DNA of 64,000 nucleotides from Thermoanaerobaculia bacterium (GTDB lineage Bacteria; Acidobacteriota; Thermoanaerobaculia; Multivoradales; JAHEKO01): NCBI GenBank assembly GCA_963781065.1, contig CAWAET010000022.1, positions 29,055 to 93,054 of the forward strand, read 5' to 3'. Shown piece by piece: positions 55,160 to 64,000 of this stretch (position 1 is its first letter; each line of letters starts with the position of its first letter). The notes under the pieces were generated by a model. It saw only the letters and a program-made list of their open reading frames with translations, ran no database searches and was not told where the DNA came from. The position numbers and the translations under genes were made by a program.

Positions 55160-56775
55160 GACGGCCCCCCGAGGGCGTTGAACCCGGCGACGCCGAGCAG
55201 ATGGGGCTCAACGATGAGGAAGCGCACGTCCAGCGGGCGCCGCACCTCGACCTCGAGCTCGACCCCCTCGCCCGGGGCGAGGTCGCGCTGCAGCGGCAGC
55301 CACTGGGTGCCGACGTCCGGCTGCCGCAGATGGCGCCGCCAGTTGAGCTCGACCCAGACGCCGCCGAGGTTCTTGTGCCGGGTCTTGAGCCAGCGGCCGA
55401 AGCCGTCGTTGCGCAGCCGCAGGCGGAGACGGCGGCGCTCGCCCTCGGGCCACGGCCCTTCGGCGCCCTCGACCTCGAGCTCCCCCGCCAACCGCCGCCA
55501 AACCAGGCTGCTCGGCGCCGGCAGCTCGGCCGCGGCGTCGCCGGGCGGCTCGAGCTCGGCGAACTCTCCACAGTGGGCGGCGATCGCCGCCGCCGCGCCC
55601 GCCGGGTCGTGGCGGCGGCGCACGTGCTCGCGCGCGGCGCCGGCCATCGCCCGCAGCCTCTCCGGCGACGCCAGCAGCTCGCCCACGGCGGCCGCCAGGG
55701 CCGCCTCCTCGGTCTCGCCCAGCGGCACCTTGAGAGCCACCTCGTCCGGCAGCTCGCGGAACTGGGCGTAGTCCGAGACCACCGCCGGCCGCCCCTGCGC
55801 CAGCACCCGCAGCAGCGACGCCGAGGTCTCGCCGGCCGTCGGGTAGCGCAGGTTGAGGCAGAGGTCACAGGCGGCGATGGCCGCCTGAAACTCGGCTGGG
55901 TCGAGAAAGCCGGTGACGTGCATGCGGTCGGCCACCCCCGCCGCCGCCGCCTCGGCCTCGAGATCCAGGACCGGCGACACCTCGCCGGCCACCACCAGGT
56001 GGGCCTCCGCCAGCTCGGGGCGAGCCAGGGCTCGCACCGCCACCCGGGTCCGCTTGATCGGCGTCTGGAAGCCGAACGAGCCGAGCAGCGGCGTCTCCCG
56101 GCCGACCCCAAGCCGCTCGCGAAAGGCGTGGCGAGCGCCCGGGTCCGGGCGCGGCGGCAAGGGGACCCCCATGGGGACCACGCGGATGGCCAGATCACCG
56201 CACTGCTCCACCACCCGATCCGCGGCCCAGCGGTTGTGCACCAGCACGCCGCGCTGGCGCCTGAGCAGGGTCCGGTGTGCCGGCAGGCTGAACATCGCCG
56301 CCTCGCCGAGCTCGGTCCAGTAGCGCGCCGCGCCCGCCTCCGCGCCCACCCAGCCGTGGTCCCGGGCGAGCCAGTCGCGGTACGCGTCCAGGTGCTCGTC
56401 GCGGCCGTGGGCGATGGTCGCTTCGACCAGCAGGTGGTGCAGCACCATGTCGTGCAGGGTGACCACCCCCGGCCGCTCCATCGCCAGCGCCAGCACGCCC
56501 TCGTGGTGCGAGTTGTTGCCCATCTGGTAGAGCGGCAGCCGGCCCTCCTCGCCGCAGACGGCGGCGGGGCTCGGCCGCCACCGGCGGGCGATCTCGGGCG
56601 CCACCTCCTGGCCCGCCAGGGCCACCACCCGCAGGTCGCAGACCGGCTCCAGATGCGGCAGCAGGTCGGCGCTGTAGTCGGAGATCCCCGAGCGCACCGG
56701 CGGCAGCGGCGAGACGTAGTCCAGCCGCGGCCGGGCGGCGGTCCCGGAGGCCTTAGAAGGCGCTTCGCTCTTCAC
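55135..56775 (-). CDS. GT4-family glycosyltransferase with a C-terminal extension
   Basis: LDYVSPLPPVRSGISDYS is a typical GT4 N-terminus. TAGETSASLLRVLAQGRPAVVSD is EX7E-like. No ATG is available, so the GTG at 56773-56775, overlapping the prfB 3' end, is proposed as the start. Confidence 0.65.
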   Translation of the reverse strand: MKSEAPSKASGTAARPRLDYVSPLPPVRSGISDYSADLLPHLEPVCDLRVVALAGQEVAPEIARRWRPSPAAVCGEEGRLPLYQMGNNSHHEGVLALAMERPGVVTLHDMVLHHLLVEATIAHGRDEHLDAYRDWLARDHGWVGAEAGAARYWTELGEAAMFSLPAHRTLLRRQRGVLVHNRWAADRVVEQCGDLAIRVVPMGVPLPPRPDPGARHAFRERLGVGRETPLLGSFGFQTPIKRTRVAVRALARPELAEAHLVVAGEVSPVLDLEAEAAAAGVADRMHVTGFLDPAEFQAAIAACDLCLNLRYPTAGETSASLLRVLAQGRPAVVSDYAQFRELPDEVALKVPLGETEEAALAAAVGELLASPERLRAMAGAAREHVRRRHDPAGAAAAIAAHCGEFAELEPPGDAAAELPAPSSLVWRRLAGELEVEGAEGPWPEGERRRLRLRLRNDGFGRWLKTRHKNLGGVWVELNWRRHLRQPDVGTQWLPLQRDLAPGEGVELEVEVRRPLDVRFLIVEPHLLGVAGFNALGGPSWVNEIEA

Positions 56776-57860
56776 CGATCTGGCTCTCCAGCCAGGCCTC
56801 GATGAACGGGTTGATGCCGCCGTCGAGCACCCGGTCGGCGTCGCCGACCTCACGCCCCGTGCGGTGGTCCTTGACCATGCGGTAGGGGTGCAGCACATAG
56901 GAGCGGATCTGGCTGCCCCAGGCGATCTCTTTCTTCTTGCCCTCGCGCTCGGCCGCCTCCTCGGCCCGCTTCTTCATCTCCCGGTCATAGAGCCGCGCCC
57001 GCAGGATCTTCATCGCCGTCGCCCGGTTCTTGTGCTGGCTGCGCTCGTTCTGGCAGGCGACCACGATGTCGGTCGGCAGATGGGTGATGCGCACCGCCGA
57101 CTCGGTCTTGTTGACGTGCTGGCCGCCGGCGCCCGAGGCGCGGTAGGTGTCGATCCGCAGGTCCTTGTCCTCGATCTCGATGTCGACGTCGTCGTCGACC
57201 TCGGGGTAGACGTAGACCGAGGCGAAGGAGGTGTGGCGCCGGCTGGCGGCATCGTAGGGGCAGATCCGCACCAGCCGGTGGACTCCGGTCTCGCTGTTGA
57301 GGTAGCCGTAGGCGAACTCGCCGCGGACGGCGAAGGTGGCGCTCTTGATGCCCGCTTCCTCGCCCTCGAGGCGGTCGAGCAGCTCGCTTTCGAGCCCCTC
57401 CTGCTCGGCCCAGCGCAGATACATCCGCAGCAGCATCTCGGCCCAGTCCTGCGACTCGGTGCCGCCGGCGCCGGGGTGGATCGCCACCAGCGCGTTCTTG
57501 TCGTCGTCGGGCCCGGAGAGCTTGAGCTGCAGATCGAGCTGGCCCAGCTCGCGGTCGAGACGGCCCAGAAACCGCGGCAGGTCGTCGTTCGACTCGCCCT
57601 CGGCGAGCAGCTCCTTCCAGACCTCCAGCTCGTCGCCGTCGGCGCGCAGGCGGTCTAGGGTCGCCTGGCGGCGCTCGAGGGCGCGGCGCTTCTGCAGCAC
57701 CACGGCGTCGCCGCCCGCGTCCCAGAAGCCGGGCGCCTCCATCTGGCGGTCGATCTCCGCCAGCTGCCCCTCGATTCCCGCCTCCTCAAAGAAACCCCCT
57801 GAGCGTCTCCAAACGCTCGCTCAGCGTCTCCATCAGCTGTTCGGTGTCCGGCGCGATCAT
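56753..57860 (-). CDS. prfB: peptide chain release factor 2, requires a +1 programmed ribosomal frameshift
   Basis: Frame 0 reads ATG(57860) MIAPDTEQLMETLSERLETLRGFL then TGA. The +1 frame continues EEAGIEGQLAEIDRQMEAPGFWD ... SGAGGQHVNKTESAVRITH (GGQ motif). Confidence 0.9.
57786..57800 (-). other. prfB recoding site: AGGGGG-TTT-CTT-TGA
   Basis: An SD-like AGGGGG lies 3 nt upstream of the slippery CTT followed by an in-frame TGA. This is the canonical RF2 autoregulatory frameshift site. Confidence 0.9.
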
Positions 57861-59440
57861 CAGGCTCTCCTACGGACGAGGAATATAGCAAACAGCGCCG
57901 CGATCGAGGCGCCGGCGGGCACCAGCGACGGCCACCGGACGTAGGGGCTGAGACCGGTGCGGCCGGCGATGCGGGTGCGCAGCAGCCCCTCCTCGCCGAC
58001 TCCCAGCAGCTGCCGCACCGAGCCGTCCGCCTCGACCACCGCCGAGATGCCGGTGATTGCGGCGCGCAGAAACGGCCGCCGGGTCTCGGCGGCGCGGAAG
58101 CGCACGGCGCGGAAGTGCTGGTGCGGGGCGCTGGTGTCGCCATACCAGGCGTCGTTGGTCACCGTCACCAGCACGGTCGCGCCGGCGCGCACCTGTTCGG
58201 CCACCTCGGCCGGGAAGACCACCTCGAAACAGATCGCCGGCCCCAGCCGCTGCTCCCCCCAGGCCAACGGCGCCGCCTCGCTGCCGGCGGCGAAGGCGCC
58301 GGCGTTGCGGGCGATCTTGTCGAGAAAGAAGAAGGCCCGGGCCAGCGGCACGTACTCGCCGAACGGCACCAGGTGGCGCTTGTCGTAGCGGCCCGAGACG
58401 CCCTCCCGGTCGAGCAGCAAGAGGGAGTTGTAGGTGCTCTCGGCGCGCTCGCCGGTGGAGTTGAACAGCACCGGGCAGCCGGCCGCGACGATCGACTCGA
58501 GGTCGCGCCGCAGCTCGGCGCTGGTGCCCCAGGAGCGCGGCCAGGCGGCGCTCTCCGGCCAGACCAGCAGGGCGCCGGGCTCGTCGCAGGCGCGGCGGGA
58601 GAGGTCGATGATCCGGCGGTAGCCGGCGCGGGCCCGCACCGGGTCCCAGACCGCCAGGTTCGGGGTGTTGGGCTGCAGCAGCCGCACCGGCGCCGCCGCG
58701 GCCGACCGCCCGTTCCTGGCCGCGCCCGGCGCCGGCGCGCCGTCGCCCCAGCGCGCGCCCAGCGCCAGCGCCAGCAGACAGCCGAGCACCGCCGCCGCCC
58801 CCGTCATCCGGGGCCGCCGCACCAGGGCCGCGGTGGCTCCCACGTTGGCCAGCAGCAGCAGGAAGGAGACGCCGTAGGCCCCGATCCAGGCGGCGATCGG
58901 CAGGGCGCCCGGCACCTCGGTCCAGGCGTAGGCGGCCAGGTTCCAGGGAAAGCCGGAGAACAGGTGCGCCCGCAGCCACTCGAGCGCCACCCACAAGGCC
59001 GGCAGACCCAGAAGCGCCAGCAGCCCGCCCCGCCGCCACAGCGGCCCGCCCAGCGCGGCGAAGACGGCGTGGTAGGCGCCCAGGTAGAGGCACAAGAGCA
59101 GCAGCAAGAGCGCCGCCAGCCAGGTCGGCAGCCCGCCATAGGTCTCCAGGGTCGGGCGGATCCAGGGGATCGCCGCCAGCCAGTAGACGACGCCGTGCAG
59201 CCAGCCGAGCGCCCAGCCCCGGGGCCGTCCGAGCAGCACGATCAGGGGGCCCAGCGCCAGCCAGGAGGCGAGCGGCAGGGTCTCACGGCCGCAGCAGATC
59301 GCCCACAACAACCCTCCCGCCGCCGCCAGCAGCCAGGGCGCCAGGCGAGTCGTGACCCCACCAGCTCGCAACCGTCGCCGCCCCGGGTCGCGCCGGTCAG
59401 CCGGACTGCGAGGTGATCCAGGTCTCGAGCCGGTACTCAC
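57860..59440 (-). CDS. lnt: apolipoprotein N-acyltransferase
   Basis: N-terminal TM helices. ALEWLRAHLFSGFPWNLAAYAW. CN-hydrolase domain (LVWPESA, ICFEVVFP). The start is uncertain because the 59440 ATG overlaps the upstream gene by 44 nt. Confidence 0.8.
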   Translation of the reverse strand: MSTGSRPGSPRSPADRRDPGRRRLRAGGVTTRLAPWLLAAAGGLLWAICCGRETLPLASWLALGPLIVLLGRPRGWALGWLHGVVYWLAAIPWIRPTLETYGGLPTWLAALLLLLLCLYLGAYHAVFAALGGPLWRRGGLLALLGLPALWVALEWLRAHLFSGFPWNLAAYAWTEVPGALPIAAWIGAYGVSFLLLLANVGATAALVRRPRMTGAAAVLGCLLALALGARWGDGAPAPGAARNGRSAAAAPVRLLQPNTPNLAVWDPVRARAGYRRIIDLSRRACDEPGALLVWPESAAWPRSWGTSAELRRDLESIVAAGCPVLFNSTGERAESTYNSLLLLDREGVSGRYDKRHLVPFGEYVPLARAFFFLDKIARNAGAFAAGSEAAPLAWGEQRLGPAICFEVVFPAEVAEQVRAGATVLVTVTNDAWYGDTSAPHQHFRAVRFRAAETRRPFLRAAITGISAVVEADGSVRQLLGVGEEGLLRTRIAGRTGLSPYVRWPSLVPAGASIAALFAIFLVRRRA

Positions 59441-60080
59441 GCCGCAGCTCTTCGGCGATCTTCAGCGCCCGAGCTTCCTGCTGGTACGGCCCCACGCGCA
59501 CCCGGTAGGTCGTGCGCCCCTGGAGGCTCTCCTCGACCAGGTAGGCCGGGTAGCCGCCCTCGCCGAGCCGGCGCACCAGCTGGTCCGCCTGCGCGGCGTC
59601 GATGGTCGAGAACACCTGGATCACCCGCCCCGCCGCGGACCCCGGCGGCGGCTGCGGCGGCGGCTGGCCGGCTGGCGACGCGCTCGGGGCTTTCGCCGGC
59701 GGCGAACTGGGACCTTTCGCCGGCGGCGCGCTGGGGGGCTTCACCGGCGGCGCGCTCTGGGCCTTGGCCGGCGGCTCCGCGACCGGCTCGTCGTCTGCCG
59801 GCGCGGGCCGCGACGGCGGCTTGCTCTCCGCCTCACCCCGGCCCCCGGCCGTCGAGCCGTCGGTGAAGAAGTTGAGCTCGGTCAGCTGCGCCGCCTCCGG
59901 CTCGGTCGCGGCCTCGGCGACCGACGCCATGACAGGCCGCTCGCCGCCGTCGCGCCGGCCTATCCAGACGCCCGACAGAAACGCCGCCACCAGGCAGGTC
60001 AGCAGGACGACGAAGATCGTCACGACCTGCCGGTTGGTGAGAGCGATCTCGTAGTAGCTCGGCTCGTGATCCGGGCTCAA
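59397..60080 (-). CDS. SPOR-domain protein with one TM helix and a Pro/Ala-rich linker
   Basis: The C-terminal VIQVFSTIDAAQADQLVRRL...YRVRVGPYQQEARALKIAEEL is a SPOR fold pattern. Confidence 0.8.
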   Translation of the reverse strand: MSPDHEPSYYEIALTNRQVVTIFVVLLTCLVAAFLSGVWIGRRDGGERPVMASVAEAATEPEAAQLTELNFFTDGSTAGGRGEAESKPPSRPAPADDEPVAEPPAKAQSAPPVKPPSAPPAKGPSSPPAKAPSASPAGQPPPQPPPGSAAGRVIQVFSTIDAAQADQLVRRLGEGGYPAYLVEESLQGRTTYRVRVGPYQQEARALKIAEELRREYRLETWITSQSG

Positions 60081-60848
60081 TCAGTCTCCCTTGCCGCCGA
60101 ACTTCTCCATCGCTTTCAGCAGGTCGATCGGGATCGGGAACACGATCGTCGAGTTGTGCTCGGCGGCGATCTCGGTCAGCGTCTGCAGATAGCGCAGCTG
60201 CAGCGCCGTCGGGTTCCTGCTGATCGTATCGGCGGCCTCGGCCAGCTGCTTGGAGGCCTCGTTCTCGCCCGATGCGTGGATGATCTTGGCCCGCTTCTCG
60301 CGCTCGGCCTCGGCCTGGCGCGCCATCGAGCGCTGCATCTCCTGCGGCAGGTCGACGTGCTTGACCTCGACCGACGAGACCTTGACCCCCCAGGGGTCGG
60401 TGTGGGCGTCGATGATCTCCTGCAGCTGGTCGTTGAGCTTGTCGCGCTCCGACAGCAGGTGATCCAACTCGGCCTGGCCGAGCACCGAGCGCAGGGTGGT
60501 CTGGGCCATCTGGCTGGTGGCGAACAGGTAGTTCTCCACCTCGACCACCGCCTTGACCGGGTCGACGACGCGGAAGTAGACCACCGCGTTGACCTTGACC
60601 GAGACGTTGTCACGGGTGATGACGTCCTGCGACGGCACGTCGTGTACGACCGTGCGCAGCGAGACCTTCACCATCCGGTCGATCGGCCACAGGATGAGCA
60701 CCAGGCCGGGCCCCTTGGGGCGGTCGAGGATCCGACCCAGCCGGAAGACCACCGCCCGCTCGTACTCGTTGAGGATGTTGATCCAGCGGCTGAACAGGAA
60801 CAGGCCGAGGATCACGATTATGCCAAGAGGCAGTAGACCGGGTGACAT
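60081..60848 (-). CDS. SPFH/band-7 (stomatin-like) protein
   Basis: Motifs [29 protein letters not shown] and [13 protein letters not shown]. Confidence 0.9.
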   Translation of the reverse strand: MSPGLLPLGIIVILGLFLFSRWINILNEYERAVVFRLGRILDRPKGPGLVLILWPIDRMVKVSLRTVVHDVPSQDVITRDNVSVKVNAVVYFRVVDPVKAVVEVENYLFATSQMAQTTLRSVLGQAELDHLLSERDKLNDQLQEIIDAHTDPWGVKVSSVEVKHVDLPQEMQRSMARQAEAEREKRAKIIHASGENEASKQLAEAADTISRNPTALQLRYLQTLTEIAAEHNSTIVFPIPIDLLKAMEKFGGKGD

Positions 60849-62209
60849 CAGGACTCCCTCCCCATCGGGGGTTCGGTTTCGGTTTCGGTTGGCCGGACGT
60901 GCAGCGTCATGCCGTCGACCGCGGTGATCTCGACTGGCTGGCCGGCGGCTACCGGGCTCTCGGCGACGGCGTTCCAGATCTCGCCCCAGACGAAGACCTT
61001 GCCGGCGGGCGCCAGGTCGGTGCGCGCCTTGGCGAGCTTGTGGACCAGCCCTTCGGCGCCGGTGGTCACCCGCGAGCGATGCACCCGCACGACCATCCAG
61101 AGCAGAAAGGCAACCACCGCGGCGGCGAACAGCGTGACCCCAAAGATCACGTCTTTGCTCACCCGGATGGCCGGATCGGCGCTCTTGAACAGCATCAGCG
61201 ACCCGAGGACCAGCGAGATCAGCCCGGCGACGCTCAGCAGGCCATAGCTGACCACCTTGATCTCGGCGATGAAGAAGATGATTGCCAGAAAGATCAGGGC
61301 AACACCGGCGTAGTTGACCGGCAGCACCGACATGGCGAAGAACCCGAGGATCAGGCAGATGGCTCCGACCACACCCGGCAGGATGGCGCCCGGATTGTAG
61401 AGCTCGACGGTCAGACCCAGCATGCCCAAAGACATCAGGATGAACGCGATGTTCGGATGGGCGATGGCCGACAGCAGGCGTTGGAACGGCGACATCTCGA
61501 GGCTGCGGATCTCGGCGTCGGCGGTCCGCAGGGCCAGCGGCTCGTCGCGACCGGCCTCGAGCTCGCGGCCGTCGAGCTGCGCCAGCAGGTCGTCGACGTC
61601 CTCGGCGACGAGGTCGATCAGGCCGATCTCGAGCGCCTCCGCGGCGGTGAACGACTTGCTCTCCACCACCGCTGACTCGGCCAGGTCGGCGTCACGGCCG
61701 TTGCGCGCCGCCAGCGAGCGGATCTGCGCCGCCGCGTCCTGCTCGACCTTCTCCCCCAGATCGCCTTCGACATCCTCGCCCTGGCCGCCTACCGGGTGGG
61801 CGGCGCCGGTATTGGTGCCCGGCGCCATCGCCGCGACGTCGGCGGCCATGAGCAGGAAGAAGCCGGCTGAGGCGGCGTGGGCGCCGCTCGGCGAAACGTA
61901 GACCACGACCGGCGTCTCGGCGGCCAGCATCTCCTGGACGATCTCCCGCGTCGAGGTCAGCAGGCCGCCGGGCGTCGACAGCTCGATGACGAACAGGTCG
62001 GCGCCCAAAGCGTCGGCCTCGGCCAGCGACTCGGCGATGAATTGCTCGGCGACCGGATGGATGATCGAGTCGACCGCGATCCGGACCACCTGCGGCGGCC
62101 CTTCCGTCGCCTGGCCGAGGGCCAGGATGGCCGTGCCGGCGAGCGCGCAGGCGAGTCCGGCGACGCGGCGAAAACCCCTGTTGGCGTTGAGCTTAGAGCG
62201 CTTCAGCAT
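60848..62209 (-). CDS. NfeD-family membrane-bound ClpP-class serine protease
   Basis: 453 aa from MLKRSKL. Contains [14 protein letters not shown] and [13 protein letters not shown], a TM block and a C-terminal OB-like domain ([12 protein letters not shown]). 1-nt stop/start overlap with the SPFH gene. Confidence 0.85.
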   Translation of the reverse strand: MLKRSKLNANRGFRRVAGLACALAGTAILALGQATEGPPQVVRIAVDSIIHPVAEQFIAESLAEADALGADLFVIELSTPGGLLTSTREIVQEMLAAETPVVVYVSPSGAHAASAGFFLLMAADVAAMAPGTNTGAAHPVGGQGEDVEGDLGEKVEQDAAAQIRSLAARNGRDADLAESAVVESKSFTAAEALEIGLIDLVAEDVDDLLAQLDGRELEAGRDEPLALRTADAEIRSLEMSPFQRLLSAIAHPNIAFILMSLGMLGLTVELYNPGAILPGVVGAICLILGFFAMSVLPVNYAGVALIFLAIIFFIAEIKVVSYGLLSVAGLISLVLGSLMLFKSADPAIRVSKDVIFGVTLFAAAVVAFLLWMVVRVHRSRVTTGAEGLVHKLAKARTDLAPAGKVFVWGEIWNAVAESPVAAGQPVEITAVDGMTLHVRPTETETEPPMGRES

Positions 62210-62340
62210 AACCGTTTTCCAGTATAGCCCCCGACGCACAGAGCCACAATCGGAATCCTCTGCAATCCCCGCGCCTGAAAGCCCGGCCTCGCGGCGAACA
62301 GGAGCGGTCGGCGCGGCCCCGCGGCCCACCTCGAGGTGTC

Positions 62341-64000
<1,660 letters not shown>

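Overview
This is a 64-kb, gene-dense, high-GC bacterial chromosomal segment. Hand counts give about 72% G+C in a core stretch. The organism looks diderm-type (Lnt, SPOR protein, lipoboxes), but the phylum cannot be assigned from sequence alone. I support about 60 protein genes, mostly in minus-strand operons. The many long R/A/G/P-rich ORFs in the track are GC-driven shadow frames.

Core content: M28 peptidase, CDGSH protein, add, coaD, tsaC, recN, a Crp/Fnr regulator, lipA, lipB, rtcB-archease, an ECF sigma factor, 2-oxoacid dehydrogenase E2 plus lpd, patatin, class I aldolase fbaB, a MoxR/VWA pair, a HugZ-like protein, Nudix, a GT4 glycosyltransferase, prfB with its classical +1 programmed frameshift, lnt, a SPOR protein, an SPFH/NfeD pair and a DUF255 thioredoxin-like protein. 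I recognised no rRNA, tRNA, CRISPR array, transposase or integrase.

Most interesting observations:
1. A RiPP-like locus at 38.7-47.1 kb. An asparagine-synthetase-like (lasso-cyclase-type) gene has a 3' end that reads in frame into a 57-aa peptide. That peptide matches the lasso leader motif YxxPxLx3Gx5Tx exactly. Downstream lies an operon encoding a secreted Ser-Asp-repeat protein, a polytopic membrane protein, a phosphoribosyltransferase-like::PqqD fusion and an HPr-kinase-like kinase. No B2-type leader peptidase or ABC exporter is visible.
2. The direct-repeat box CGTCAGG-n4-CGTCAGG-n3-CGT occurs only twice as a tandem pair, at 11.42 kb and 44.90 kb. Each copy sits 9 nt upstream of a -10-like hexamer of a minus-strand gene. 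One copy is next to a large SARP/BTAD-AAA regulator, which suggests a small regulon linking the two loci.
3. A lower-GC island (22.3-25.9 kb, hand counts 54-60%) carries a candidate MACPF/CDC-like pore-forming protein and a CgeB-like protein, bounded by a GH25 muramidase gene and a GH25 C-terminal remnant.
4. A toxin-antitoxin islet (VapBC, MNT/HEPN) with a truncated NarL-type regulator and an MNT remnant.
5. Several structured or repeated non-coding elements: a 166-nt rod-like element (6S-RNA-like or MITE-like), a 26-bp perfect inverted repeat, a triple 14-nt start cassette, and a consensus promoter followed by a perfect 20-nt tandem duplication.
6. Four apparent single-base frameshifts in otherwise intact genes (lipA, the cyclase-like gene, fbaB twice). 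These point to consensus indel errors or to real gene decay.
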